This document shows positions 29,313-41,961 of a stretch of DNA of 64,000 bases, piece by piece. A program made the position numbers and the translations under genes. The DNA lies in the NCBI GenBank assembly GCA_963745035.1, contig CAVUVW010000020.1:84940-148939 (forward strand), written 5' to 3'. Position 1 is the stretch's first letter. Each line of letters starts with the position of its first letter. The DNA is from an uncultured delta proteobacterium (lineage in GTDB: Bacteria > Desulfobacterota > Binatia > UBA9968). The notes beneath the pieces were generated by a model, which was given only the letters and a program-made list of their open reading frames with translations, did not search any database and had not been told where the DNA came from.

Positions 29313-32300
29313 CTACTGCTTTTCCCCCGGCGCGCCGTTAATCAATTTCTCCATCTCGCGGATGTCCACCGGCTTGGTCATGTAGGCGTCGAAGCCGGCC
29401 TTGCGCGCGCGCAGGTTTTCTTCCCGCCCGTGGCCCGAGAGCGCGATGAATTTGCTGTCGGCCAGCTCTTCGCTCGCCTTCAGCCGACGAAATACCTCGT
29501 AGCCGCTGATGTCCGGCAAGCTGATGTCGAGAAAAACGTAATCCGGCCGAAACTCACCGGCGATGCGGATCGCGGCGTGGCCGGTTGCTGCCGTGCGCAC
29601 TTCGAAGCCGTGCATCTCGAGCAAGCTGCGGGTCGCGTTGAGCGCCACCGGCCGGTCGTCCACTACCAGCACGCGGCGCCGTGCCGCGTGCGCATCGCTC
29701 TCGCTCTCCGCCGGCGCGCCGTTGGCGTCCCTCTCCTCCCATAGCTCCGGCTGGCGCCATTGCTCCTGCTTGAGTTTCGAACGCCGCGCCGACGCCGCCC
29801 GGGCGATGGATTCGAGCAGCTTGGCCATGTCGATGGGCTTGCTCACGTAATCGCTGCAGCCCGCGGCGAAACAGTTGGCCTGGTCGCCCGCCATGGCGCC
29901 GGCGGTCACCGCGATGATCGGCCCGGCATAGCCGAGCGCGCGAATCCTCCGGGTGGTCTCATAGCCGTCCATGCGCGGCATCTGAATGTCCATGAGGATC
30001 ACGTCGAAATCATCGGGCCGCTGCTCCACGGCGCTCACCGCCGGCTCGCCGGCGCTGAAGGTGGTGACCGAGCCGCCCGCCTCGACGATGAAATATTCCA
30101 TCAGGCGGCGGATGTCGGGCTGGTCTTCGACGATCATCACGCGCACTCCCGTCATGCGCAGCAGCGGCGGTGTCTTCAGAGTCTCGATATTACGAAAGCC
30201 GCTGCCCGAGAGCACCCGCACCGGCAAGGTGACCTGAAAGGTGCTGCCCTGGCCGGGCGTGCTGGTGACGCCGATGCGCCCTTCGAGAGCTTCCACCAGT
30301 CGCTTGGTAATCGCCAGGCCGAGGCCGGTGCCACCGTAGATCTTGGTCATCGAACTGTCGCCCTGGGTAAACGGCTTAAAAAGATTGTGCTGCTGCTCCT
30401 GGGTCATGCCGATGCCCGAGTCGCTGATGTAAAACTGCAGCTCCGCGGCCTCGGCGTTGAAACGAACGGCCAGCTCGACGCCGCCGCGATCGGTGAACTT
30501 GATCGCGTTGCCGAGCAGATTGATGAGAATTTGCCGCAGCCGCTTGGGATCGCTCTCGATCTCGTAGGGAATCACGCCGTCGTACTTGAGCGACAGCGGC
30601 AATCCCTTGGCGCGCGCCGCGCCTTCCATGAGTGTGTACACGTCGGTGAGAAAGGTCGGCAGATGCACTTCTTCTTTTTCGAGCTCCAGCCCCTGCGCCT
30701 CGATCTTGGCAAGGTCGAGCAGGTCGTTGATGATCTGCAGCAGGTACTGGCCGCTGTCCTTGATCGTGCGCACGCATTCGATGGCGCCGCGGTCTTCCAG
30801 GCGCCCTAGCAGAATATCGGCGTAGCCCATGATGCCGGTCATGGGATTGCGAATCTCGTGGCTCATGTTGGCGAGGAACTCGCTCTTGGCGCGATTGGCC
30901 GCGTCCGCCGCGTTTTTCGCTTCCACCAGCGCCCGCTCGGCTTCCTTGCGTGCGCTCGCGTCGCGCACTAGGCAGGTGTAAAAGCGCGCCTCGCCGGCGA
31001 CGGTCTCGCTCAGGCCCAACTCGACGGGAAATTCGCCGCCGTCGCGCCGCCGCCCGATGGTTTCGCGCGCGCCACCCGCGCGCGCCGCCGCGCCGAAGTT
31101 GCCCGCCAATTCGGGCATCAGCAGCGCAATGTCCTTGCCGAGAATGTCGCCGCTGGCATGGCCGAAGATCCGCTCGGCCGCCGGATTGAACGATTCGATG
31201 GCGCCGCGCTCGTCGATTGTGATGATGCCGTCCACGGCGGTATCGACGATCGCTTTGACATGCGCCGCCGCTTCGGCGATCGCCTGCTCGGCCTCCTCGA
31301 TGATCGTAATATCGCGGTTGACTTCGAGCACCACATCGCCCTGCGGGCGGGTGATTCTCTGCATGCGGCTCAGCACCGCCACCCGCCCGCCGCTTTTTTG
31401 CGTATGCACCAGCCGCCCGTCCCACTCGCCGGCCTGCTGTAATTTTTTCTCGACCTCGCCGCCGGCCACCGGATAGACGGTCTCCAGCGCCGCATGCACC
31501 GACCGCCCGAACACTTCGCCGGCGGTGTAGCCGTAGAGCTTCTCGGCCCCCTCGTTCCAGTATTCGATAGCGCCGTTGGCGTAGTTCCAGACGATGATGG
31601 CGTCGAGCGACAGTTGGAGCAGCCGCGCCTGCTGGGCGCGATCTTCTTCGAACTTCTTGCGCTCGCTGATGTCGCGCGCGATCGCCGAGATCGCGATGAT
31701 CTTGTCCTGCGCCACCACCGGCGAATAGGTCAGCGACGCGTCGAAGGAGCTGCCGTCCTTGCGCCGCCGCTGGCTCTCGAAGCGGGTCACCGGTTCCCCG
31801 ACCCGGATACGTGCGATCACCTGATCGAGCTCGGGGGCCTTCTCGGGCGGCAGGAACGACACCCACTTCTTGCCCAGGACTTCCGCCTCGGCCCAGCCGA
31901 AAAGGTTTTCCGCGGCGCTGTTCCAGCTCACGACTGTGCCGTCGAGGGTAAAGGAGTAGATGGCGTCCTGAGAGGAATTGACCACCGCCGCGAGCAGCGC
32001 CAACTGCGCTTCGGCGAGTTTGGCGTCGTGGATGTCGATGGTGCAGCCGGCATAGCCGAGAAATTCCCCGGCCTGGGTAAAGCGCGGCATGCCCAAAGAC
32101 TTCATCCAGCGATACTCGCCGTCGGCGCGGCGGAAGCGGACGTCGGCCTCGAAACGCTCCCAGCGCTCGAAGGCGCGGTTGTAGGTGTCGAAGTATTCAG
32201 CGCGGTCTTCGGGATGGATGTAGTCCGCCCAGCGGAAGCCCGCCAGCGCGGAGTCGTCGGCGACGCCGACGAACTCGCGATAGGCATGATTGCAAAACTG

Positions 32301-35300
32301 CGCGCCGGTCGCATCATTGATCCAGATCAGCACCGGCGCGCTGTCGGCCAAAGCCTTGAACCGCTGCTCGCTCTCGCGCAGCTCGGCTTCGGCGCGCTTG
32401 CGCTCGCGGATGTCGCGGCTCACGTTGGCGATGCACATGGGCTTGCCGGTGATCGGATCCTTGACCAGGAAAAACGCGCGGTAGGCGTCGATCGCCGCGC
32501 CGGTTTTTTGATGCTTGAGCGGCAGCTCGCCTTCCCACACACCGTGGGTCACCAGCTCGGGTAGCACGGTTTCCTGGAAAAATCCCTGCGACTCCTCGGC
32601 GACGAAGTCTACCGGACGCCGGCGGCGGATCTCTTCCATGTCCTCGACACCGACCATCGCCCGCCCCGCCGGGTTGAGATAGATGCCGTTGCCGTCGGGC
32701 TCGGCCATGCCGATGTAGTCGAGGCTGCTCTCCACCAGCGCCTGGAACTTGAGCCGCTCCTCCTCGGCGCGCCGGCGCTCGGTCACGTCCATATTGATGC
32801 CGAGCACGCGCACAAGCTTGCCGTCCTCCCCGTAGTAGCCCCGGCCGCGCGAGGAGATCCAGCGGAGCTCGCCCGAGCTGTGGAGAATTCGGTATTCGAC
32901 GTTGAAGCTCTGGCGCCGGCGGATCGCCTCGCCGCGCTCGGCTTCGACGCGCGCGAGATCGTCGACGTGGACGAGCTTGCGCCACTCTTCGTAATTTTCG
33001 ACCGCGCGGCCGACGCCGTACAGGTTGAGCATTTCGTCGGTCCACGACAGCCGGTTGGAATCGGGCTCCCAGTCCCAGATGCCGACCCGCGCCGCGCTCT
33101 GCGCCAGCCGGAGCTGCTCCTCGCTGCGCCAGAGGATCTCCTGGGCGATGATGCGCGCGCTGATATCGCGCGCGATCTTTGAGGCGCCGATGATTTCGCC
33201 GCGGTCGTTCTTGATCGGCGAAATGGTGAGCGACACGTGGATCTCGCAGCCGTCCTTGCGCCGCCGCAGGGTCTCGTAGTTTTCGATCGCCTCGCCGCGG
33301 GCGATGCGCCCGAGGATCGCCCGCGCCTCCTGAAACTCGCTGTCAGGGGTCAGCACCCATACCGACTGGCCTAGGATCTCCGCCGCCGAGTAGCCGTAGA
33401 GGTTTTCCGCGCCGCGGTTCCAACTGGCGATGGTCCCGACCAGATCGATGCTGAAAATGGCGTCCTGCGAGTTCTCCACGATGGCCGCGAGCCGTGCGCG
33501 CGCCACCTCGGAAAGCTTGCGTTCGGTGATATCGCTGTTGACGCCGATCAGGCGCACCGGCCGTCCCTCGGCGTCGCGCACCATGCGGCCGGTGGCGACC
33601 AGCCAGCGCTCACCGGTAGCCGGATGGCACCAGCGGTACTCAAAGTTGAATTCGGTGCCGCCGCGAAACAACTCCTCGTTGTAGCTCAGGAGCCGTCGGC
33701 GGTCCGTCTTGTCCAGCGCCAACAGCCACTGCTTGTAGGTCACCGGCTCGTCGACGGAAAATCCGTGCATGGCGCGGAACGAGTCGCTCACTTGCGCACG
33801 GGCGCTCACCAGGTCGAGATCCCAGACGCCGCTCCGGCTCGCCTCCACCGCCAGCGCCAAGCGCTCCTCACTCTCGCCGAGCGCGCGCTCGGCCTGGCGG
33901 CGCTCCAGCATGCGCTCGGCTTGCTGCACGTAAAGATCCAGCAGGCGCAGCTCGCGCTCGGTTAACCGCCGCGGCTCGGCAAAATGAGTCGAGAGCATGC
34001 CGAGCAATTTGCCGCCTTGGCTGCACAGCGGGGTGGATTGAGACGCGGCGATGCCGTAAGCGCCCAGGAAGGCCGCGGTCTCGGCAAACTCGCTCGCCTT
34101 TGCGAGGTCTTCGATAATAACCCGCTCGCGCCGCGCCAGAGCGACGCCGCAGGAGCACATCGAATCAGCCCGAACGACTTTGAAGTTCTCGGAAAACCTC
34201 TGGTCGAATCCCTTCTGCGCCACCAGCCTCAAGCAGCGCTCGCCTTCGTCGTAGAGCTGCATCGAGCCCTTGTCGGCGCCAAGGAGCTGATTGCAGGCGT
34301 CGAGGACAAGGCTAAGCATCGCTTCCAGATCGTTCTCCACCAGCAGCGCCGCGCCGAGCTCGTGCAGCCGCGTCATTTCGGTTAGATCCATGGCCAAGCG
34401 GTCGCGCAAGGTGATCAGCTCAAGCTCCGCGCGCTTGCGCTCGGTCAGATCGACGGTCGTGCCCAGGAGCTGGGCCGGGCGGCCGTTCTCATAAAACACT
34501 TGGCCGCGCGTCTTGATCCAGCGCTCCACGCCGTCGTCGTGGCCGATGACGCGAAACTCGACGTCAAACCGGCCGGTGCCGGCGGGGTCCAGCGCCGGCT
34601 CCATCGCCGCCTGGGCCGCGGGGCGATCGGCCGGATGGATCGCCTGCATGAAGACATCGTAGGTCAGCGGCGCGCCCGCACGCATGCCCCAGTGGGCGCG
34701 CAGGCGATCGTCCCAGAGCGTCTGGACGGTCTGGAGCTGCCATTCGTAGATGCCGACTTCGGCGGTATCGAGAGCGAGTTGCAGGCGCAGCTCACTGCGC
34801 GCCAGCCGATCTGCCTGCCCGCGCGCCTCCTCCAGAAGGCGCAGGCGATCCTTGGTCATGGCCACGTAATGGGAGATCGTGCGCAGCGACTCGATCTCAT
34901 CGGGCTCGAAGACTTCGCGGCGCTTGCTGGCGAAGGCCAACGTACCGAGCAGCCGATCGCCGACCAGCAGCGGATGGCAGACGTAGGCGCCGAACCCGGC
35001 TTGCCGCAGGTGCTCCGACTCGGGATCGGTCCGCTCTTGGAGCCGCTCGACGAGCAGCGGCGCCCGGCTTGCTGCGACCACACCGCAGCACGTCGCGTCG
35101 AAGCCGACGCGGGGCGGCGCGAGGTCGGCGGGCAGCCCCGCCGAAGCTTGCAACACCAGCGCCGCGCCGTTCTCCTCGACGTCGTAGCTGAGGTAGCCGT
35201 CCACGTCGAGATGCTGCCGCACGGTGGCGAAGAGATTGCGCATCATCGCCGCCGCATCTTGGGCGACCAGAAGCTGCTCGGCTGCTTTGGTCAGCAACCG

Positions 35301-36155
35301 CAGCCGGTCGTTTTGTTGGCGTAGCTGCGCTTCGCTCTCGTGCAAAGCGTCGTGCAGGCGCCGCGAGCTGTCGATTTCCGTGCTCGTGCCGATCCATTGC
35401 CTGACGCGGCCGGCCTCATCTTTTATCGGCACGCTGCGGCTGAGATGCCAGCGATAGGAGCCGTCCTTGCCACGCAGGCGAAACTCCGCCTCGTGCGGGA
35501 CACCGCTGTGTACGGCCTCCTCCCAGGAGCGGCGCGCGTCCTCGATGTCTTCGGAGTGGACCAGCGCCCAGCCTTCGTCGATGGCGCTTTGATCGGCGCC
35601 GCCGGTGTACTGGCTCCATCGCTGGTTGATGAACTCGAGCCGGCCCGAGGGTGCCGCCGTGAACACGATCTGCGGCGTCAGGTCGGCGAGCTCGCGGAAG
35701 CGCTGCTCGCTTTGCCGCCGCGCGGCTTCGCTTTCCGCCAGCTCGGCGCGCAAGCGCCGGTTTTCGCTTTCCTGCTCGCGCAATCGCAGCAGCGCGCGCG
35801 CCGCCCCGATCAATGCGTCTGCGCCGATCGGTTCGGTCAGCCGCGCGTCGGCGCCGGCGGCCAAAGTTTTGGCGCGCGCCTGGTTGGTTTTGCCCGCGGC
35901 GCAGATTTGCAGGACGAGGGCGTCGGCGAAGTGATTTTTAATCGCGCGGGAAAGCTCGTTTCGGTCGTCGTCGCCGAGTTTGGCTCCGAGCAGCACCAGC
36001 GCCGGGTGGGCCTCGGCTGCAAGCTCGATCGCCGCCTGACTGGCCGCCGCCTCCACCACGCGATAGCCGGCCTGCCGGAGCAGCCGGCTCCGGGCGCGGC
36101 GCCCGTCTTCGTCGCCGTCGACGTTTAGAATTGTCTGGCTTTCAACTGCCCTCAT
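29313..36155 (-). CDS. Giant cytoplasmic hybrid sensor kinase (pseudo-REC, about 9 PAS, 2 GAF, HisKA, HATPase, 2 REC)
   Basis: [26 protein letters not shown]; two C-terminal receivers (LMDIQMP, FLDISLP); no TM helices seen. Confidence 0.95.
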   Translation of the reverse strand: MRAVESQTILNVDGDEDGRRARSRLLRQAGYRVVEAAASQAAIELAAEAHPALVLLGAKLGDDDRNELSRAIKNHFADALVLQICAAGKTNQARAKTLAAGADARLTEPIGADALIGAARALLRLREQESENRRLRAELAESEAARRQSEQRFRELADLTPQIVFTAAPSGRLEFINQRWSQYTGGADQSAIDEGWALVHSEDIEDARRSWEEAVHSGVPHEAEFRLRGKDGSYRWHLSRSVPIKDEAGRVRQWIGTSTEIDSSRRLHDALHESEAQLRQQNDRLRLLTKAAEQLLVAQDAAAMMRNLFATVRQHLDVDGYLSYDVEENGAALVLQASAGLPADLAPPRVGFDATCCGVVAASRAPLLVERLQERTDPESEHLRQAGFGAYVCHPLLVGDRLLGTLAFASKRREVFEPDEIESLRTISHYVAMTKDRLRLLEEARGQADRLARSELRLQLALDTAEVGIYEWQLQTVQTLWDDRLRAHWGMRAGAPLTYDVFMQAIHPADRPAAQAAMEPALDPAGTGRFDVEFRVIGHDDGVERWIKTRGQVFYENGRPAQLLGTTVDLTERKRAELELITLRDRLAMDLTEMTRLHELGAALLVENDLEAMLSLVLDACNQLLGADKGSMQLYDEGERCLRLVAQKGFDQRFSENFKVVRADSMCSCGVALARRERVIIEDLAKASEFAETAAFLGAYGIAASQSTPLCSQGGKLLGMLSTHFAEPRRLTERELRLLDLYVQQAERMLERRQAERALGESEERLALAVEASRSGVWDLDLVSARAQVSDSFRAMHGFSVDEPVTYKQWLLALDKTDRRRLLSYNEELFRGGTEFNFEYRWCHPATGERWLVATGRMVRDAEGRPVRLIGVNSDITERKLSEVARARLAAIVENSQDAIFSIDLVGTIASWNRGAENLYGYSAAEILGQSVWVLTPDSEFQEARAILGRIARGEAIENYETLRRRKDGCEIHVSLTISPIKNDRGEIIGASKIARDISARIIAQEILWRSEEQLRLAQSAARVGIWDWEPDSNRLSWTDEMLNLYGVGRAVENYEEWRKLVHVDDLARVEAERGEAIRRRQSFNVEYRILHSSGELRWISSRGRGYYGEDGKLVRVLGINMDVTERRRAEEERLKFQALVESSLDYIGMAEPDGNGIYLNPAGRAMVGVEDMEEIRRRRPVDFVAEESQGFFQETVLPELVTHGVWEGELPLKHQKTGAAIDAYRAFFLVKDPITGKPMCIANVSRDIRERKRAEAELRESEQRFKALADSAPVLIWINDATGAQFCNHAYREFVGVADDSALAGFRWADYIHPEDRAEYFDTYNRAFERWERFEADVRFRRADGEYRWMKSLGMPRFTQAGEFLGYAGCTIDIHDAKLAEAQLALLAAVVNSSQDAIYSFTLDGTVVSWNSAAENLFGWAEAEVLGKKWVSFLPPEKAPELDQVIARIRVGEPVTRFESQRRRKDGSSFDASLTYSPVVAQDKIIAISAIARDISERKKFEEDRAQQARLLQLSLDAIIVWNYANGAIEYWNEGAEKLYGYTAGEVFGRSVHAALETVYPVAGGEVEKKLQQAGEWDGRLVHTQKSGGRVAVLSRMQRITRPQGDVVLEVNRDITIIEEAEQAIAEAAAHVKAIVDTAVDGIITIDERGAIESFNPAAERIFGHASGDILGKDIALLMPELAGNFGAAARAGGARETIGRRRDGGEFPVELGLSETVAGEARFYTCLVRDASARKEAERALVEAKNAADAANRAKSEFLANMSHEIRNPMTGIMGYADILLGRLEDRGAIECVRTIKDSGQYLLQIINDLLDLAKIEAQGLELEKEEVHLPTFLTDVYTLMEGAARAKGLPLSLKYDGVIPYEIESDPKRLRQILINLLGNAIKFTDRGGVELAVRFNAEAAELQFYISDSGIGMTQEQQHNLFKPFTQGDSSMTKIYGGTGLGLAITKRLVEALEGRIGVTSTPGQGSTFQVTLPVRVLSGSGFRNIETLKTPPLLRMTGVRVMIVEDQPDIRRLMEYFIVEAGGSVTTFSAGEPAVSAVEQRPDDFDVILMDIQMPRMDGYETTRRIRALGYAGPIIAVTAGAMAGDQANCFAAGCSDYVSKPIDMAKLLESIARAASARRSKLKQEQWRQPELWEERDANGAPAESESDAHAARRRVLVVDDRPVALNATRSLLEMHGFEVRTAATGHAAIRIAGEFRPDYVFLDISLPDISGYEVFRRLKASEELADSKFIALSGHGREENLRARKAGFDAYMTKPVDIREMEKLINGAPGEKQ

Positions 36156-37188
36156 GAACGCGGTCCAGGTTGGAGGCATAGCCGGCAGCGCCGTGGGCGC
36201 CGAGATTGGCGGTACAGTTCAGCGATTCCTCGCGCGGAGACGCATAGCGCCGCGGCAGAACGAGGGAAAAAGTCGAGCCGGCGCCGAGCTCGCTTTCGAG
36301 GGTGATCCGGCCGCCCAAGAGCGCCGCCAGCTTGCGGCACAGCGGCAGGCCCAAACCAGTGCCCTTCCCCGGGCTCCACGCCCGACCGTTCGCCGGGCTC
36401 CATTCGTCGAAAATGCTTTCCTGTTCGGCGCGCGCCATGCCGGCGCCGGTATCGCGCACCGAGAATACTACCGTGCCGCTTGACGGGTCATGGGCGGCGC
36501 TTACCCGGACTTCGCCCCGCGCCGTAAACTTGAGAGAGTTGTTGATCAGGTTGCGCAAGATTTGCGAGACCTTGCCTGGGTCGGAATACAAGGAAGGAAT
36601 ATCAACCGGCGCGTCAAAAACAAGACGCACGCCGGCACGCACGAGCGGCGCCGGCAGCATGCCTTGCAGCATGCTCAGCAGACCGGCAGCATCGAATTCC
36701 GCCGGCCGCACTTCGACTTCGCCGCCATCGACCTTGGCCGGGTCGGCGAGGTCGTCGGCCAGATCGAGAAGCGCGTCCGCCGCCTTGCGGATCAACTCCA
36801 CCGATTGCTCCTGCTCGCGGCTCAGCTCGCCGTCGGCGCGGCGCAGCAGCAAAGTCGTCAGCGCGAAAATGGAATGCAGCGGGCTGCGCAGCTCGTGGCC
36901 CAGGTTGCGCAAAAACCGACTGCGCGCCGCATCCGCGTCTTGAAGCCGGCGCACTTCTGCGCTGCGTTCGGCGTCGCGCGTCAGCAGCCGGCGGATGGAG
37001 TCGGCGAGCTTGGCGTTTTCATACTCCAACTGCCGCGCGCGCTCCTCGGGAGCGCGCACCTCCGGTCGCTCGGCCGCAAGCGCGATCCGGCGCTCCCCGC
37101 GGACCACATCCTGAAGTATCCCATGGGCATCCAAGCTCACTGCCTTCCTGGCTCGGCGTAGCGGCTTAAGCTCTTCTCTTGCGTTCAT
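36142..37188 (-). CDS. Sensor-less histidine kinase (coiled coil-HisKA-HATPase)
   Basis: FLRNLGHELRSPL, NSLKFT, DTGAG, KGTGLGL. Confidence 0.88.
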   Translation of the reverse strand: MNAREELKPLRRARKAVSLDAHGILQDVVRGERRIALAAERPEVRAPEERARQLEYENAKLADSIRRLLTRDAERSAEVRRLQDADAARSRFLRNLGHELRSPLHSIFALTTLLLRRADGELSREQEQSVELIRKAADALLDLADDLADPAKVDGGEVEVRPAEFDAAGLLSMLQGMLPAPLVRAGVRLVFDAPVDIPSLYSDPGKVSQILRNLINNSLKFTARGEVRVSAAHDPSSGTVVFSVRDTGAGMARAEQESIFDEWSPANGRAWSPGKGTGLGLPLCRKLAALLGGRITLESELGAGSTFSLVLPRRYASPREESLNCTANLGAHGAAGYASNLDRVHEGS

Positions 37189-37715
37189 GGTTTCCTCCCG
37201 GACGCAAGCACGCTTCCTTGCTTGCGACTTTGCTCGGTGCTCCCCCGCCGCCGACAGATATGGTCCATATCGCCAGCCTCGTGGCCGGAGCTTAGCCCTT
37301 ACGGGCGGCTTTCATCAACCGTTCGCTGAAGCTGATGTCAGACACCATCCGCAGCGGTTGCAGCAGCGGCCCCGGCAGCAAGCTGCGAGGCGAGCGCAAC
37401 ATGTGCGGTCGCTGGCTTCGCGCCCGTGAAAAACCGCACCGGAGCATCGCTGCGTGACCTCTATCACAACAGAAAAACCGCCGGTAAACAGCACGCGTGA
37501 CAAAAGCACAGGCAGCGCGCAAAACATATGCCCGGAGCCGAACTGTGCGATTATCGGGACTCAATCCCATAATCGTCCCAGCGAAGCGACAGAATTTCCG
37601 GCACATTGCTCCGCATTCGGGACAACAGGGTGCAGGAACAAAGTGGGGAACGAACGAGATGACGCCGGAGAGGTAACCGGCAAGTGGCGGGAAGCGGAGC
37701 GGATTTTACCGAGAG

Positions 37716-39194
<1,479 letters not shown>

Positions 39195-39197
39195 GGA

Positions 39198-39758
39198 TCA
39201 GGCCTTTTCGATTTTTTCGGTGAGATCGTGAATGCCGTCGATGCTCCGCGAGATGCTCTCGTAGGTTCTGTGGGGCAGCGCGCCGGACAGGCGCATGAGA
39301 TCCACTTCGCCGCGAATCGCCTGCAAATGGTTGCCGATCTTGTGCGCGAGCCCACGGCCTTCGCACGTGAGGGCAGGCGTGTAGCGGCTGAGAACCACGG
39401 TGGTGCCATCCGCCGCCAAAAGCTGTTGCGCGGTTTCTTGCAGCTCGATGGCGCGTGCCGTTCCGCGTGGCAGAAAACCGTAACGGCACGCCATCGGCTG
39501 CGCCTCTTCGTAAAGCGCCCGGCAAAACGTCAGAAAGCTGTCTCGGTCATCCGCTTCTACGCGCGCCAGCCAAAGCTCCTTGTCGGCGCAAAACTCGGCG
39601 GCACTGAAACCGAGCAGCGCCGTGGCCGCGCCGTTGAGAACGCATCGCTTCCGATCCACGCTCCACAGCGCGGCCGGAGCGGTATCGAGCTCCAGAACTG
39701 CGGTGGCGGGCAGGGCCATCGCCGCGAGCCTGCTGTTCGGGTGCCCAACCGCGCGCAT
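39198..39758 (-). CDS. PAS domain plus truncated HisKA helix (pseudo-kinase)
   Basis: PAS_3-like LLGFS..EF...WL.RV..DDR; LAHKIGNHLQAI; no ATPase domain. Confidence 0.7.
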   Translation of the reverse strand: MRAVGHPNSRLAAMALPATAVLELDTAPAALWSVDRKRCVLNGAATALLGFSAAEFCADKELWLARVEADDRDSFLTFCRALYEEAQPMACRYGFLPRGTARAIELQETAQQLLAADGTTVVLSRYTPALTCEGRGLAHKIGNHLQAIRGEVDLMRLSGALPHRTYESISRSIDGIHDLTEKIEKA

Positions 39759-39915
39759 TGAACCGATTCGCGGGCGCTAGGCCCCGCGCCTCCCTAACAG
39801 GCCTGGACATACAACCGTACGAATCACCCGGCCGAGCCTCCAAATGATCGCGATGATCGCGCGCCCTGGTGCGTGGAAACAGCTCTGGTTTGGCGGAGCG
39901 CACCGCGTCTAGCGT

Positions 39916-40104
39916 CTAGTGGAGCGCCAATTCGCTGATCTCGATGGTTTCGGTGTCGAGCCCAAGTTGCGACGCTTCGATGTAACAGCCATAGCAGACG
40001 ATCATGTCGAGCAATCGTACACCGTCGCTGTCGCTCACCACCCTATAGGAGTCGCCGGCGCGATATTCGCCGCAACGATCGCAGGGAAAAACAAAAATAC
40101 TCAT
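39916..40104 (-). CDS. Small CxxC...CxxC zinc-finger-like protein (62 aa)
   Basis: CDRC and CYGC; own sigma54 box. Confidence 0.7.
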   Translation of the reverse strand: MSIFVFPCDRCGEYRAGDSYRVVSDSDGVRLLDMIVCYGCYIEASQLGLDTETIEISELALH

Positions 40105-40116
40105 GGCGCCTGGAGC

Positions 40117-40132
40117 CGCAAGGCGCATGCCA
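40117..40132 (-). promoter_or_regulatory. sigma54 promoter
   Basis: Reverse complement TGGCATGCGCCTTGCG. Confidence 0.75.
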
Positions 40133-40380
40133 CCCCATAGGCCGGAAAAAATATGCCGCCGCGAGAAAGATTGTCCCAAATTTGTTGCGGTGCCCATAGA
40201 ATTCCGCTACGCCTGTCCGCCCAGCGGGACTCATCAGCACCACCGCCATTGTTTCGTTCCTAGTTCTGGTTTTTGGCCGTATGATTTTCACTGCCAAGCT
40301 AAGAACTGACACTGCAGGTGGGATACGACACGCCTTCGACTAACCGAACTAGAAACCTGAAACGAGCGACCAGAAATTCG

Positions 40381-41745
40381 TTACAGCCGCACGACGTTTG
40401 CTCTGGGAAAATTCTTGAGCGCGTTGCGGGTATCGAAGATCAGCGCCGCCGAGTTGGCGATCAGCGCGTAATCGAACGCTCCGTGGTCGGTGAGAATGGC
40501 AACACAGTCCATCGACTGCATCAGCTCGGCGGTCAGCGGCAGCGCCTTGAGCGTCTGGCCCTTGACCACGACCGACGGCACGTAGGGATCGGCGTAGTAG
40601 ATCGATGCGCCCTTTTCGCGCAGCGCTTCGAGGATCGATACCGCCGGCGATTCACGCACGTCGTTGGTATCGCGCTTGTACGCCACGCCGACGCCGAGAA
40701 TTTTCGCTCCCCTCAAGCACTTGCGTCGGTCGTTGAGCGCGTCGGCGATGCCGCGCACGGTGAAGTCGGGCATGTGATTGTTGATCGTCGCCGCGAGCTC
40801 GATCAGCCGCGGCTCCGCGCCGTTCATCTTCGCCTTCCACGTGAGATAGTAGGGATCGACGGGAATGCAATGGCCGCCGAGCCCCGGCCCAGGGTAAAAC
40901 GGCAGGAAACCGAACGGCTTCGACTTGGCCGCCTCGATGACTTCCCACACATCGATGCCAAGGCTGTGACAGGTGAGCGCCATCTCGTTGGCCAGGGCGA
41001 TGTTCACGCTGCGGAAAGTATTTTCCAGGAGTTTCACCATCTCGGCGCAGTCGGTGGACGACACCGGCACCACCCGCTCGACGAACTGCTCGTAGAACAG
41101 CGCGGCCATCTTGGTGCAGCGCGGCGTGGCGCCGCCGATGACCTTGGGAATGTTGCGCGTGGTGTAATGCTGGTTGCCGGGATCAACGCGCTCCGGCGAG
41201 TAGGCGAGGAAAAAATCGCGGCCGACTTTGAGGCCGGTGTCCTCCAGCACCGGCAGGACGACCTCCCGCGTGGTGCCCGGATAGGTGGTACTCTCGAGAA
41301 TGATCAATTGCCCGGGGCGAATGTGATTGCGAATCGCCTCTACCGCGGCGATCACGTAAGAGAGGTCGGGGTCTTTGTTCTTGCGCAGCGGCGTGGGCAC
41401 GCAGATGTTGAGGGTGTCGAGCTTCTCTGCCGCCGCCAGCGACTGCGTCGCTTTCATCTTGTTTGCCGACACCGCCTCCCGCAGCACTTCCCCGGCGACA
41501 TCCGGAATATACGAAATGCCGGCGTTGATCGAGTCGACCTTTTCCTTGACCAGATCGATGCCCGTTACCTGAAAACCCGCATGCGCCATCTCCAGCGCCA
41601 GCGGCAATCCGACATAGCCGAGGCCGAGCACGCCCGCATGGGCCGAGCGCTGGCGGATGCGCTCCTGCAGCTCGCGCCCGGACTGCGCCGGATAGGTCGC
41701 CGGTGCTCCCGTGGATGGCTGCGTGTTCTCGCGGAATGATTCCAT
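40381..41745 (-). CDS. Nucleotide-sugar (UDP-GlcNAc-type) 6-dehydrogenase, WbpA/WecC family
   Basis: GLGYVGLP, ICVPTP, ESTTYPGTT, SPER, KLLEN, GGHCIP. Confidence 0.95.
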   Translation of the reverse strand: MESFRENTQPSTGAPATYPAQSGRELQERIRQRSAHAGVLGLGYVGLPLALEMAHAGFQVTGIDLVKEKVDSINAGISYIPDVAGEVLREAVSANKMKATQSLAAAEKLDTLNICVPTPLRKNKDPDLSYVIAAVEAIRNHIRPGQLIILESTTYPGTTREVVLPVLEDTGLKVGRDFFLAYSPERVDPGNQHYTTRNIPKVIGGATPRCTKMAALFYEQFVERVVPVSSTDCAEMVKLLENTFRSVNIALANEMALTCHSLGIDVWEVIEAAKSKPFGFLPFYPGPGLGGHCIPVDPYYLTWKAKMNGAEPRLIELAATINNHMPDFTVRGIADALNDRRKCLRGAKILGVGVAYKRDTNDVRESPAVSILEALREKGASIYYADPYVPSVVVKGQTLKALPLTAELMQSMDCVAILTDHGAFDYALIANSAALIFDTRNALKNFPRANVVRL

Positions 41746-41961
41746 AAATGTCTTCCTCTCAGCGGCGCGCCCGGCGCGCTCCGCGCTGTTATGGCATTGT
41801 TAAAATAGCGCCGGCGGCCGCCCGGCGGCGCTTAGATTTCCTGAAAAATGTACTGCTCGATGCACTGCAAGCGGCGGTTGTAAAGTCAAGGCAGACAGAA
41901 CCACGAAAATATCTCTTCGAATTCTCCTCTTGTTTGGTGATGCGCGGAACAGTCCGCGCGG

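Noticed and set aside
37203-37218. Possible sigma54 box AGGAAGCGTGCTTGCG (minus strand) before the small kinase
   Set aside because: Poor -24 element, and the predicted TSS would cut off the GGAGG RBS.
40318-41739. Long antisense ORFs (also 24478-25476, 29760-30809, 30376-31866 and others)
   Set aside because: Shadow or alternate frames of well-supported genes in high-GC DNA.
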